A stretch of DNA of 64,000 nucleotides from a virus: the IMG/VR virus record IMGVR_UViG_3300025732_000018; one strand, 5' to 3'. A program made the position numbers and the translations under genes. Numbering within the stretch: position 1 is the stretch's first letter; every line of letters begins with the position of its first letter. A model generated the notes under the pieces. That model had not been told where the DNA came from. It saw only the letters and a program-made list of their open reading frames with translations, and did no database searches. Positions 37,201-47,400 of this stretch are shown one piece after another.

Positions 37201-40200
37201 ACTCTCGTCCCGAGCACATCGTGGAGAGTAATATCTTCAGGGTCAGACTTTGCTGTCGGCGTTAAGGCTGACGGCACCCTCTGGTCGTGGGGTGGAAACG
37301 TCAACGGTCAGCTCGGCAAGAACAGCACGGTGGGGTCACTAACGCCGGCGCAGATCATGACTGGAAGCAGCTTCACGACGGTCTCAGCTGCAGAATACAG
37401 GGCCTACGCCATATCTACGGCCGGTCAACTCTTCGCCTGGGGCTACAACAGCGCAGGAAACGCCTGGAACGACGGGAACGCTAGGTCGTCTCCGGTCCAG
37501 ATCGGCTCTAGCAGCTGGTCAGCTATCGCCTCTGGTCACAAGCACGACGTCGCTCTAACAGTCGACGGAAGTATGTACGCGTGGGGAGACAACGCTGCCG
37601 GACAGCACGGACTCAACGACGACCTCTACATTAGCAGGAGCAGTCCGACTCTGGTGGCTACTTCCATCTCGAAAGTATTCGCGGGCAACGCATGCACCTC
37701 GTACATCGACGGACTGTCTAGGTTGTTCTACGCCGGAAATGACATAGCTGGAGGAGCTGGAAGAAGTGGTCCGTTCTTTAACCCGGTCGTCGGATACATG
37801 AACGAGCCTTTCAACGAGACTCTCGGCGCCGCGGCAGGATCCTGGACCATGGTAGCCTTCGGCTACTATCCTGGCTTTGAGTCTTCTTACACTACCGCTC
37901 TAGGCGTGAAGAGCGACGGAAGTCTCTGGGCCTGGGGAAACAACAACGCTGGCACCATAGGTGACGGTACTACAGTAAACAGGTTTAGAAACCCTCAGAA
38001 GATAGGAAGTAGCAGTTGGTCGTTCGTTGCAGTAAATAACCAAGTGGCGGCGGCGATAGATACCGCCGGCCGGTTGTTTACCTGGGGTGTTAACACGGAC
38101 GGAAAGCTCGGTCAGAACAGCGTGGCGAGCAGGTCTTCTCCCGTGCAGGTGGCTGGATCTTGGAACTTCGTCGCGATAGGTCAGTCTAGCGTGGCTGCGA
38201 TTAAGACCGACAGCACACTGTGGACGTGGGGAGGTAACGCTAACGGTCAGCTCGGCGTCAGCGACACAATAAACAGGTCTTCACCCGTGCAGGTGGCGGG
38301 AGCTTGGGTCATGGTTGCCTTCTCGGGTGCTCAGTCAAACGAGTCTAAGAGCATGATCGGAATAAAGACCAACGGTCAGGTCTACACATGGGGACTGGGT
38401 TCGATCCAAAACAGCTATCTCGGAGGATCTATCGGAGCCCGAAACGAAGTCTACGGGATCGACAGGTCTTCTCCTGTATCTATAGGAGCCCCGCTGACCT
38501 ACACAGGAATAAGCGCGACCACCGTCAGCGCTTCAGACTACGGAGTGTCTCTCATAAGAATGTCCGACGGAAACTTGCTCACGTGGGGCTACGGCGGCTT
38601 CGGGAGCCATGGACACAGCGATCAAATCAACCGTTCGTGGCCTACCGTAGTCGGACAGACTCTGTCTTGGTCAGTGCTGTCGATGGGCGTAGATCACGTC
38701 GCAGCGGTTAGATCGGACGGCTCTCTCTGGTCATGGGGTCTCAACTCGGACGGAAGGTTAGGCACCAACGACACTAACAATAGGTCTTCTCCTGTACAGA
38801 TTGGCTCCTTGACTAACTGGTCAGACGTCTCTGCAGGAAACGGACACACGCTAGCGAGAAAGACAGACGGAACTCTCTGGGCTTGGGGTTCTAACGGGCA
38901 GGGAAGACTGGGAGACGGCACCACCATAAACAAGTCTTCACCGATACAGATAGGTACCAGCAGCTGGAGCGCGATCTCGGCAGGGTATACAACCTCTGCA
39001 GGAATAAGCGCGTTTAGACTGTTTGTCTGGGGTGACGACGGTTTAGGAAGACTCGGTCTCAACACTAGTAACGTTCATCAGTCTTCGCCGGTCCAACTCG
39101 GCACCAGTAGCTGGTCTGCGGTCTCTGTAGGAGAGCCGCACATGTTAGCTATAAGAACTGACGGAGCCTTGTTCGCCTGGGGAGGTGACGCTGGCTACGG
39201 TTGTCTAGGCTTAGACATCTCGACGAGCAGGTCCTCTCCGATTCAAGTCGGTACCAGCAGCTGGTCGCAGGTATCAGCCGGCTACTACGGCAGCATGGGC
39301 ATCACTACAGCCACCTCTCTATGGGCGTGGGGGTCTAACTCGCAGGGGAGACTAGGTGTTGGAGACGTTAGAAATAGGTCAGTGCCTACTCAAGTGGGAG
39401 CTCTTACTGGCTGGACGGCTCTAGGTAAAACTATTGTTACAGAGGTTAATACTGCCATCAGAGGCTCGGCGCTGTACGCGATGGGCGCAGTAGACGCTAT
39501 AACCGGAGACAGATCTTCGCCGGTCCTAGTGGGAGTAGGAGACTGGAAGAACAGCTGCACTACTCAGTACTATCATCTTGCTATCTATAATAAGACTATG
39601 ATTCTTACTGAGGGTCATGTTAACACGCCTTACGTCCTCGGAAACAACAGCACCACGACTAACTCCTGGAACACCAGTTCGCGAACGATCATGGAGGGTA
39701 CAAAGGGACACCGCGCTTACCCAGACGGCCCGTGGTCCAACAACTCTCACATGTTGTACGGTACTACTAAAGCGGTGAAGACCGACGGCACTCTATGGGC
39801 TTGGGGTGACAACTCTCTTTATCAGATTGCCACAAAAGACAACGTATCTAGATCGTCACCCACTCAGATAGGAACGGCCACGAGTTGGAGAACTACGAGC
39901 GTGGCGGTTAGAGCTCTTGGGGCATCAATACTTGGAGAATTAGACACGACCGGAAAGGTCTGGACGTGGGGCATCGGCAACTACGCTGGCTCCATGGTGA
40001 ACCCACTCCAGTCGTTCACGCAGATCCCAGGATCTTGGTCGATGGTCTCGTACGCCAGACAGGACTACTCTACTCAGGCGGGAATCAAGACCGACGGCAC
40101 GCTATGGACTTGGGGCTACGGCCAGTCCGGCTCGACAGGTCTCGGAAGCACCACCGCTAGGTCGTCTCCGACACAGGTCGGAACCAAGAACGACTGGACC

Positions 40201-41931
40201 TACGTGGCCTCTGGTCAGAACACAGTGATAGCCATCGGAGACTACGGTCAAGTAGTCTACGCCTGGGGTTACAGGCCGGGGGCTTTTTCTATCAATAGCA
40301 CCTCTTCTCCAGTAGCGCTGTTCGCGCCTAACTTCTCGGCTAAAGAGCTCGCTCCGAGCATGCTCGGCTCACACACGATGGTGCTGTCGACTGCCGGGTC
40401 TCTCTACGCCATCGGCGCTGGAAAGGACGGAGCGTTCGGAGACGGACTGACTACTACGTCGGCGTACGTTCCGATCAAGATAGACAACGGCACCTGGAAG
40501 AAGATAGCCACGGGCAACTCGCACACGCTCGGTCTAAAGACTGACAGCACTCTGTGGGCATGGGGCCTTAACACGTCGGGACAGCTGGGGATACAGGACG
40601 CTACAACGAGAAGTTCTCCGGTACAGGTCATGGCTGGAAAGAGCTTCACTGCGATAAGTGCCGGAGCGACTGGTTTCTCGCAAGTCATCGATCAGAACGG
40701 AATCATGTGGGGATTCGGTTTACCTACCAACGGCGTGCTCGGCATATCATCAACGGTCTCAAATAGATCAATGCCGGTAACCGTCGGTGAAGACTGGTCT
40801 ATCATTTCTACGGGAGGGTCGCACACGGCGGCGATAGACAGTGAAGGAGGTCTTTGGGTCTGGGGAACAAACTCATTTGGTTCACTCGGCGTTAATGACA
40901 CCATCGCTAGAAACGTAGTGACTAAGATTGGTACTTCTAGTTGGGTGTTCGTCACTTGCGCAGTCAACAGTACTATGGGAATCACCGCCGACGGCAAGCT
41001 TTATGCTTGGGGAAGGAACAGTAACGCAAACCTCGGCGTCGGAGACACGCTAGATAGGTCGTCGCCTGTACAAGTCACGAGCAGCGTCAGCAGCTGGAAG
41101 TTCGTAAGCACTATGGACGACGTGTCGTTTGGAATCGCGTCAGATGGAACTCTCTGGTCGTGGGGATCTGGAGCTAAGGGAACTCTTGGAGACGGAAGTG
41201 CTACTCTTACTAGATCCGCCCCGAACCAGATCTCGACAAGCAACTGGACAGTAGTTCGATCTTCGTATGGAAGTAGCAACAACGGCTACGGAATCACTGC
41301 CAGCGGAGACCTGTACGCTTGGGGCAACGGAGCCGGCGGAGCTATACCTCTCAACGCTTCTACAGGAGACAGGTCATATCCAACTCTTATATCTAGCGGG
41401 TGGTGGGCTAACGTCAACGCTCTTGCAGCACCGAACAACGGCGTCGGAGTGGCCATCAAGTCAGATCGTACTCTCTGGGTGTGGGGCTCACCAAACAACG
41501 TTGCTGTACTCGGCCTGAACAGCGCGACCAACAACAGAAGCTCGCCGACTCAGATTGGAACGAGTTCGTGGTCTGCAGTCACCGGTCAGCTGACTCAGGT
41601 AGCGGCTATCGACGTCGACGGTCGTCTGTTCATGTGGGGGGCAAACGCAAGCGGCATACTAGGAAACAACGATACACTTACTAGGTCGTCACCGACTCAG
41701 GTCACGGGTTCACTTAGCTACACGATGGTTACAATCGCAGCCGCGTACACGCACGGAATACAAGCAGTCACAAAAGACAGGTACTACTGGGGAGCCTCTA
41801 ATGCTGCGTATAGCGGACTTGGTACCGGTATAGCAAGAAGCAACCCAACGTTCGTTGCAGAGGGAAAGATAGGAAGCTGGACAGCAGTAAACGCAGGGTA
41901 CGACTCGGTTCTTGCCACGAAGACCGTATAA
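34219..41931 (+). CDS. Giant RCC1-repeat (beta-propeller) protein, putative fibre-tip adhesin
   Basis: Dozens of ~50-aa repeats 'H..AIKSDGTLWAWG.N..GQLG......RSSPVQIG.SSW..VSAG'. Confidence 0.85.
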   Translation: MLIFQSLLAPAATSSPVVVTPYPLYGWGVNTTGKLGINNNTTQSYPVQVLSGTSWKSFSTAFNHSLGVKSDGTLWAWGGNASGELGINVKSGRRTSLDKFDNSSWTMIKTDNQHTVGLKSDGSLWAWGVNSSGQLGTNDVVTRSSPVQIGTSSWTSVDAGANFTVALKVGGTLWAWGLGTGGQLGISAATSRSSPTQVGALTTWSKVSAGSAAVIASTSDNYAYVWGTGLMQAANDGFVLVRSSPVAVAFQPFDGALSAAGIFQSTILIDKQYRLWAWGGNTYSGLAPGILGTNDTFDRSSPVLVSSTGSWTMISGKSNSFAAIKSDGSLWTWGYNAQGQLGTGDTKNRSSPTQIGTSSWSMVSTGTYFMAAININGQVFCWGSGGQGSLGNNAAIDRSSPVQLASTSSFNVVSVGNFHALARTINNKLWAWGINNYGQLGASLGVTAARSSPVAIGTTTSWTAISAGSDHSAGITSAGSLWTWGSNGLGALGNSSTINRSSPIQVGAATTWTKVEGGVDYTLAMTESAGTATVYHFGQNAGRAGNGTTATTSSPVAVYTTAGTPKLITSFSGGSTYIISPDDTIIGTGENVLYSLALVDSPLANTTVWKIVGHSPPGTINSVAMGTVHGAVVANNKLYGLGLNDFGQLGAGTTISRSRAVLVDSSKTWSTIDTGYYASMGITSDGKLWSWGNNTQGQLGLGDIVDRSSPTQVGSSSWTVVSLSKASAGPVFAAGVTTDGKLWGWGRNYDYLPLGFLGDTAVLTNRSAPVQIGSATNWTSVSVEGQQTSSTNDALIVGVNSLGEAYWQGNGTDFAINDANRVSPVQIGTDTDWESVAAGGGVALLAHSFAIKTNKTLWSWGSNYWGNLGLGLANNVDRSSPTQVTAGPTNGSWSAVAGGYNFDYGIDTSGKLWAWGYNYTGGGLGLGVGDVTNYTAPQLVTKQRSFTLASAPYVAGGGNFGATVIDSLNNEAWSWGGGTSGVTGLGVTTTYYSPTLVPSTSWRVISSGSDFAVGVKADGTLWSWGGNVNGQLGKNSTVGSLTPAQIMTGSSFTTVSAAEYRAYAISTAGQLFAWGYNSAGNAWNDGNARSSPVQIGSSSWSAIASGHKHDVALTVDGSMYAWGDNAAGQHGLNDDLYISRSSPTLVATSISKVFAGNACTSYIDGLSRLFYAGNDIAGGAGRSGPFFNPVVGYMNEPFNETLGAAAGSWTMVAFGYYPGFESSYTTALGVKSDGSLWAWGNNNAGTIGDGTTVNRFRNPQKIGSSSWSFVAVNNQVAAAIDTAGRLFTWGVNTDGKLGQNSVASRSSPVQVAGSWNFVAIGQSSVAAIKTDSTLWTWGGNANGQLGVSDTINRSSPVQVAGAWVMVAFSGAQSNESKSMIGIKTNGQVYTWGLGSIQNSYLGGSIGARNEVYGIDRSSPVSIGAPLTYTGISATTVSASDYGVSLIRMSDGNLLTWGYGGFGSHGHSDQINRSWPTVVGQTLSWSVLSMGVDHVAAVRSDGSLWSWGLNSDGRLGTNDTNNRSSPVQIGSLTNWSDVSAGNGHTLARKTDGTLWAWGSNGQGRLGDGTTINKSSPIQIGTSSWSAISAGYTTSAGISAFRLFVWGDDGLGRLGLNTSNVHQSSPVQLGTSSWSAVSVGEPHMLAIRTDGALFAWGGDAGYGCLGLDISTSRSSPIQVGTSSWSQVSAGYYGSMGITTATSLWAWGSNSQGRLGVGDVRNRSVPTQVGALTGWTALGKTIVTEVNTAIRGSALYAMGAVDAITGDRSSPVLVGVGDWKNSCTTQYYHLAIYNKTMILTEGHVNTPYVLGNNSTTTNSWNTSSRTIMEGTKGHRAYPDGPWSNNSHMLYGTTKAVKTDGTLWAWGDNSLYQIATKDNVSRSSPTQIGTATSWRTTSVAVRALGASILGELDTTGKVWTWGIGNYAGSMVNPLQSFTQIPGSWSMVSYARQDYSTQAGIKTDGTLWTWGYGQSGSTGLGSTTARSSPTQVGTKNDWTYVASGQNTVIAIGDYGQVVYAWGYRPGAFSINSTSSPVALFAPNFSAKELAPSMLGSHTMVLSTAGSLYAIGAGKDGAFGDGLTTTSAYVPIKIDNGTWKKIATGNSHTLGLKTDSTLWAWGLNTSGQLGIQDATTRSSPVQVMAGKSFTAISAGATGFSQVIDQNGIMWGFGLPTNGVLGISSTVSNRSMPVTVGEDWSIISTGGSHTAAIDSEGGLWVWGTNSFGSLGVNDTIARNVVTKIGTSSWVFVTCAVNSTMGITADGKLYAWGRNSNANLGVGDTLDRSSPVQVTSSVSSWKFVSTMDDVSFGIASDGTLWSWGSGAKGTLGDGSATLTRSAPNQISTSNWTVVRSSYGSSNNGYGITASGDLYAWGNGAGGAIPLNASTGDRSYPTLISSGWWANVNALAAPNNGVGVAIKSDRTLWVWGSPNNVAVLGLNSATNNRSSPTQIGTSSWSAVTGQLTQVAAIDVDGRLFMWGANASGILGNNDTLTRSSPTQVTGSLSYTMVTIAAAYTHGIQAVTKDRYYWGASNAAYSGLGTGIARSNPTFVAEGKIGSWTAVNAGYDSVLATKTV

Positions 41932-41937
41932 TAAATA
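41930..41937 (+). promoter_or_regulatory. Late promoter (AATAAATA)
   Basis: At the RCC1 stop codon, about 35 nt upstream of the ATG at 41972, which has a GGAG Shine-Dalgarno. Confidence 0.55.
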
Positions 41938-41971
41938 CACGCGAGTCGTAATTCTACAACATGGAGTAGAC

Positions 41972-43705
41972 ATGCACAAGATTGACATGCAACTGAAGCT
42001 TATGCTCGACGGAAGGTTCGACGAGGCTTGGCAACTCTCAGAGGAGATGCAGGCGATCGGGCCAGAGAACCTCCTCGATGCGCGCGGTCAAAAGAACCCA
42101 GAGATGTGGGTCAGACACAGCTTCAACCGAGGCTGGTTCCTCCTTCAGCAGAACAAGTACAAAGAGGGGTGCCAGCTCCTTGAGAACGGTCGCTTCATCA
42201 AGGTCTACGGCAGCCCACCGATGAAGACTACGGCTCCTCTCTTCAACCCAGAGGAGCACGACGTCAAGGGTAAGTCGATAATCATCTCGCTCGAGGGAGG
42301 ATACGGCGACGAGATGATCCACGCTCGCTTCGCTACTTCGTTCAAGAACCTCGGCGCGGAGAACGTCTACCTCGCGGCGGACCCGTCGCTTCACTCTATC
42401 TTAGAGCGCATAGACGGCGTGACCAAGTGCATAACGCGAGCCGAGGCGCACACGGTTCACCACGACTACTGGCTTCCTGGCTTCTCGGCGGGGTGGTTGT
42501 CTGGTCATACGTTCGACGACTTCCCTGGAAAACCTTACCTCACCGCGAAGCCAGAGTCGGTCGATATGTGGAAGAGCGTCCTCAACTCTGACAAGAAGAA
42601 GGTCGGCATCCGCTGGGCAGGCAACCCGAAGTTCGAGCACCAGCAGTTCAGGCGCTTCCCAGAGAAGTTCATGACCCAGATGTCAGAGTACGAGGGCCTG
42701 CAGCTCTACTCCCTCCAGAGAGACAACAACGTTATCGAGCTTCCCGAGAAGATCATCGACCTCCAGCACCTACTGATCTCGTGGGAGGACACCGCCGCGG
42801 CGATCATGAACCTAGACCTAGTGATCACCTCATGTACCTCAGTGGCGCATCTCTCTGCAGCTTTGGGCAAGGAGACGTGGGTGATGGTGCCGATCCTCCC
42901 CTACCACACCTGGACACTGAACGCTCCGTACTCGACTTCCTCACCTTACTACGAGAGCGTCAGACTCTATCGACAAGAGAAGAAGAGCGAGTGGAACCAA
43001 CCGTTTCAGCGTCTCTACGCAGACCTCGAGAGAAAGTTTGACCTTCCTCACCTAGACCTCCCTACACAAGACAAGGAGGTCAAAAGGTTAAACCTCGGGT
43101 GCGGCTTCAAGAAGCACGAAGGATTCGTTAACGTCGACGCCTCGAGCATATGCTCACCGGATCAGGTCGTAGACCTCAACAGCAAGACGTGGCCGTGGAA
43201 GGACGACGAGTTCAGTCACGTCATAGCCAAGGACATCCTTGAGCACCTCGGTCACTCCGGCGTCAAGTTTGAGGACATCATCAAGGAGATGTACAGGGTC
43301 TCTGACAACGGGGCAGTCTGGGAGGTTCAGTTCCCTCACTGGAACTGCGACATAGCCAAGTCAGACCCGGAGCACGTTCGACTGCTGACCATCGACACCT
43401 TCAAGCTCTTCGACAAGAAGCGTTGCTACGAGAAGGCTGTGGCTGGTGAGACCGACTCGTACCACGCTTTCACGCACGACGTGGACATCGAGGTTCTCGA
43501 GCACGCGCTGGAGTTCACCGGTGAGCTGCAGAAGATGATAGACTCCGGACAGATAGGTGAGGGTGAGCTCGAGCACGCCATCAACCACCTGAACAACACG
43601 GTGCTGTCAGTGAAGCTTCTCATTCAGGTCCACAAGCCTGGAAGACACGACCGTCAGGAGTTGGACCGCGAGCTAAGGAAGGCAGCCCTCCATGGATCTA
43701 TCTAA
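41972..43705 (+). CDS. GT9-like (heptosyltransferase/FlmG-type GT-B) glycosyltransferase fused to a SAM-dependent methyltransferase-like domain
   Basis: 'EGGYGDEMIHARF', 'VGIRWAGNP', 'LYSLQ', 'WEDTAAAIMNLDLVITSCTSVAHLSAALGK', 'SPYYESVRLYRQ'; then 'LNLGCG...NVD...ILEHL...EMYRV'. Start re-assigned from 41912 to the ATG after GGAG. Confidence 0.78.
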   Translation: MHKIDMQLKLMLDGRFDEAWQLSEEMQAIGPENLLDARGQKNPEMWVRHSFNRGWFLLQQNKYKEGCQLLENGRFIKVYGSPPMKTTAPLFNPEEHDVKGKSIIISLEGGYGDEMIHARFATSFKNLGAENVYLAADPSLHSILERIDGVTKCITRAEAHTVHHDYWLPGFSAGWLSGHTFDDFPGKPYLTAKPESVDMWKSVLNSDKKKVGIRWAGNPKFEHQQFRRFPEKFMTQMSEYEGLQLYSLQRDNNVIELPEKIIDLQHLLISWEDTAAAIMNLDLVITSCTSVAHLSAALGKETWVMVPILPYHTWTLNAPYSTSSPYYESVRLYRQEKKSEWNQPFQRLYADLERKFDLPHLDLPTQDKEVKRLNLGCGFKKHEGFVNVDASSICSPDQVVDLNSKTWPWKDDEFSHVIAKDILEHLGHSGVKFEDIIKEMYRVSDNGAVWEVQFPHWNCDIAKSDPEHVRLLTIDTFKLFDKKRCYEKAVAGETDSYHAFTHDVDIEVLEHALEFTGELQKMIDSGQIGEGELEHAINHLNNTVLSVKLLIQVHKPGRHDRQELDRELRKAALHGSI

Positions 43706-44399
43706 GTCTCTAAACTTCGGGTATGATACCTCGGTAGAGTCAGCCTACATCATCACGATCAAAGACCACTCCGAGTCAGAGAGACTAGCCAAGGGATGTC
43801 AGCGATCTTGCGACATAGCCGGCATGCCGTGGAAGACATGGGACGCCTTCGACGCTACCGACGGCAAGACCATAAAGATACCTGAGCACTCTAAAGACTC
43901 GTCGTGGCTGAAGTGGGTGAAGGTGTACGATCATCACCTATCAATCACCGAGATAGCATGCTTCTTCAGCCACGCTAGCCTCTGGGCGAGGTGTCTCGAG
44001 ATGGACAGGCCGATAGTCATCCTCGAGCACGACGCCATCATGGTCCAGCGCTACCCTCACATGACTGCCTACAACAGCATCGTGTACCTCGGGGGAGAGG
44101 AGCAGAAGAACCACAGGATGCCGGTAGGTCCCGTGCCGCCTCACGGCTCCCTCAACAACAACTATCACTTCATCTGCAGGGCGCACGCCTACGCCATAGA
44201 CCCACCGATGGCCAAGAACCTGCTCGGCACCCTGATCCAGAGGGGCATATGCGAGAGTCTAGACGTCATCATGAGGGCGGACCTCTTCAACATCAGTCAG
44301 GCAGGCCTGTACGCCTACGACAGGTTCGAGGGTACTACGATCGTTAATAGAAAGAAAGACGTCAGCCTCAAGGACGAGAACGTGGGCAATGAGCGGTAG
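43692..44399 (+). CDS. GT25-like glycosyltransferase
   Basis: 'AYIITI...FDATDG...EIACFFSHASLW...PIVILEHDA...AHAYAIDP..AKNL' follows the GT25 pattern. Confidence 0.7.
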   Translation: MDLSKSLNFGYDTSVESAYIITIKDHSESERLAKGCQRSCDIAGMPWKTWDAFDATDGKTIKIPEHSKDSSWLKWVKVYDHHLSITEIACFFSHASLWARCLEMDRPIVILEHDAIMVQRYPHMTAYNSIVYLGGEEQKNHRMPVGPVPPHGSLNNNYHFICRAHAYAIDPPMAKNLLGTLIQRGICESLDVIMRADLFNISQAGLYAYDRFEGTTIVNRKKDVSLKDENVGNER

Positions 44400-44404
44400 G
44401 TTCT

Positions 44405-44412
44405 TATAAATA
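44405..44412 (+). promoter_or_regulatory. T4-type late promoter (TATAAATA)
   Basis: Exact consensus in the intergenic region upstream of collagen-like fibre 2. Confidence 0.8.
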
Positions 44413-44451
44413 ACCTAGATTCCCACCAACAACAAATAAGAACGAGCTCAA

Positions 44452-47400
44452 ATGGCCGATACTATCTGGGACTACAGCGGTTCAGTACAGGAGCTGATCG
44501 ATCTCTACAACAGCTGGTCTACTCTTCCACTCGAGGAGCAGGCAGCCAAGGAGGGAACTCGGTTTCTTATCACTGGTGACGGCTTTACTAACGGGGCCGG
44601 AGCTTGGTTTGACTGGGGGCTAGACGGCGGTATCATATGGGTCTACAGTATCACACCGTCTTGGTGGGTCTGGTATAATAATGAAAAGGTAACCACGTCA
44701 CCGTTTGGTTCCACTCTACCAGGATACGCAGCTGACGTAGTCTATATGCTTAATGCAGTCGGTCTACCCGGCTCAACTTCGGCATTTCCTTCTAACACCC
44801 CCCGCTACAGCTTCTGGGGAGAAGCCAGAGTACAAGGATATACCGGTTCACGCGGCATGATCGGCTACACTGGTACGATCGGCTTCGCAGGATCTATCGG
44901 TTATGCCGGCTCTCGAGGCTACACTGGCTCGTCAGGCTACACCGGGTCCGCATCTACTTTCCCAGGATACACCGGATCTCAGGGCTACACCGGATCTGCA
45001 ATCGTCGGCTCTCGCGGTTACACCGGGTCTGCGTCTACGGTCATCGGCTACACTGGAAGCATTGGGTACACCGGCTCCAAGGGTGTACAGGGCATTCAAG
45101 GAAACACCGGTTATACCGGATCCGAGGGTCCTCCCAACGGCTACACCGGCTCTAGAGGTAGCACCGGCTACACTGGCTCGGTTGGATACTCTGGAAGCCT
45201 AGGCTACACTGGATCGAGAGGACTGACTGGATTCTCCGGATCTGGCTTCGCCGGCTCTCAGGGATACACTGGCTCACTCGGCTACACGGGCTCACAGGGC
45301 TACAGCGGCTCTGCCGGATTCACCGGATCGGCGTCGACTGCTCCGGGATACACCGGATCTATCGGATACACGGGTTCAGCTGGTTACACCGGCAGCAGGG
45401 GTCTAACAGGCATACAAGGAGACCAAGGTCTTGCTGGCTACACCGGTTCGGTAGGAGAGTCGCTGCAGCCGGACGAGGTCGGACCTCTCTCTGGCAGAAG
45501 TGCTTACGACACTCAAGCTAAAGGATTCGCGTACCTAGCGACCGACACCGACTCCATCTACTATAAGCTCAGCGCTACTTCTGGCGACTGGTCAGACCCT
45601 ATAGCTCTCCTTCGCGGATTCACTGGGTCGCAGGGCTTCACTGGATCTTTTGGATTCACCGGCTCAGTCGGGTTCGTAGGGTCTCTCGGCTACACTGGTA
45701 GCATCGGCTACACTGGATCGATAGGCTACACTGGATCGCAGGGCTTCACCGGGTCTAAGGGATTCACCGGCTCCGCGTCTGAGATTCCTGGTTACAGCGG
45801 TTCTCGCGGCTTCACCGGCTCGGTAGGCTTCGTAGGATCTCAGGGCGTTCAAGGATGGACTGGCTCGCAAGGTCCGCCGGACGGATACACCGGTTCTAGA
45901 GGTTACACCGGCTCACTGGGGTCTCTTGGCTACACCGGCAGCATCGGCTACACCGGATCTCAAGGCATCCGCGGCTACACGGGTTCAGTAGGTTTCGTAG
46001 GTTCTGCCAGCACGACGCCAGGGTACACCGGCTCGAAGGGCGACTCTGGCTACACCGGATCCAAGGGAGACATAGGCTACACCGGTTACACCGGCTCTAA
46101 GGGTGACCCAGACGGATACACTGGATCTACCGGAGCTCAGGGATACACCGGCTCGCGCGGCTTCGGCTACTCCGGAGTTGCTAGCTCGACCAACATAAAC
46201 GCCTCAGGTACTGGTAACAAGACCTGGGTGATGAACCAGTCCTACACGCAGAACGCTTTCGAGCCTGGAATGCGCGTCAGGATGATATGCGTCGACGACC
46301 CGAACGTCTCGAACGAGGGTAACATCGTCAGCTACGTCGGAACCAACTTGACCATCTCGGTCGACGCGGTCGACGGCGCAGGATTCCAGAACAACTGGAT
46401 ACTCGCTGCTACGGGACGCGTCGGATACCTAGGCTACTCAGGATCTAGGGGCTACACCGGCTCGGTAGGATTTACCGGCTCGGTAGGCTTCGTCGGATCG
46501 GTCGGATTCGCTGGGTCTAGGGGATACACCGGATCGCAGGGTGACATCGGTTACACCGGATCTGCCTCTACCGTCGCCGGCCCTCTCGGCTACACGGGCT
46601 CACAGGGCTACAGCGGGTCGAGGGGCGACACCGGAGCTACCGGCTTCGTAGGGTCTCAAGGTGACCTAGGCTACACCGGCTCTCGCGGCTTCGGTGGAAG
46701 TCAGGGTTACGCTGGATCGCGCGGCTTCACTGGATCGATAGGCGACACGGGCTACACCGGATCCGCCTCGTCGACTCCAGGGTACACCGGCTCACTTGGC
46801 TATACCGGGTCTAGAGGATACAACGGAAGCCAGGGCGACATAGGCTACACCGGCAGCCTAGGCTACACGGGATCTCAGGGACCGATCGGCTACGTCGGAT
46901 CTGCTTCTACCGAGATAGGTCCTACGGGATACACCGGTAGCATCGGTTACACTGGATCGAGAGGCTACGCTGGATCGATCGGTGATACTGGATTCACCGG
47001 CTCGTTCGGAACGACAGGCTACACCGGATCGTTTGGGTTTACCGGATCGAAGGGCGACATCGGGTACTCAGGATCTGCGTCTACCGTTCCTGGTTATACG
47101 GGAAGTCTGGGTTACACTGGATCGCAAGGAGACATCGGCTACACCGGTTCAGCCTCTACTGTAGCTGGACCTACTGGTTACTCCGGCTCACAGGGTGACA
47201 TCGGTTACACTGGATCTAAAGGATTCACCGGATCGTTCGGTAACACCGGCTACACCGGCTCTGCTGGTGCGGGATTTACCGGCTCGCAGGGTGACACAGG
47301 CTTCACTGGATCGGGTGGATACACCGGATCGTTCGGATACACCGGGTCGGCTGGATCATTCGTCGTACCAGGTACGAACACACAGGTAGTGTTCAACGAC

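Noticed and set aside
41912-41971. ORF-track start at 41912 (TTG) for the GT9-like gene
   Set aside because: It overlaps the RCC1 gene end and lies upstream of the late box. The ATG at 41972 has a GGAG SD and fits better.
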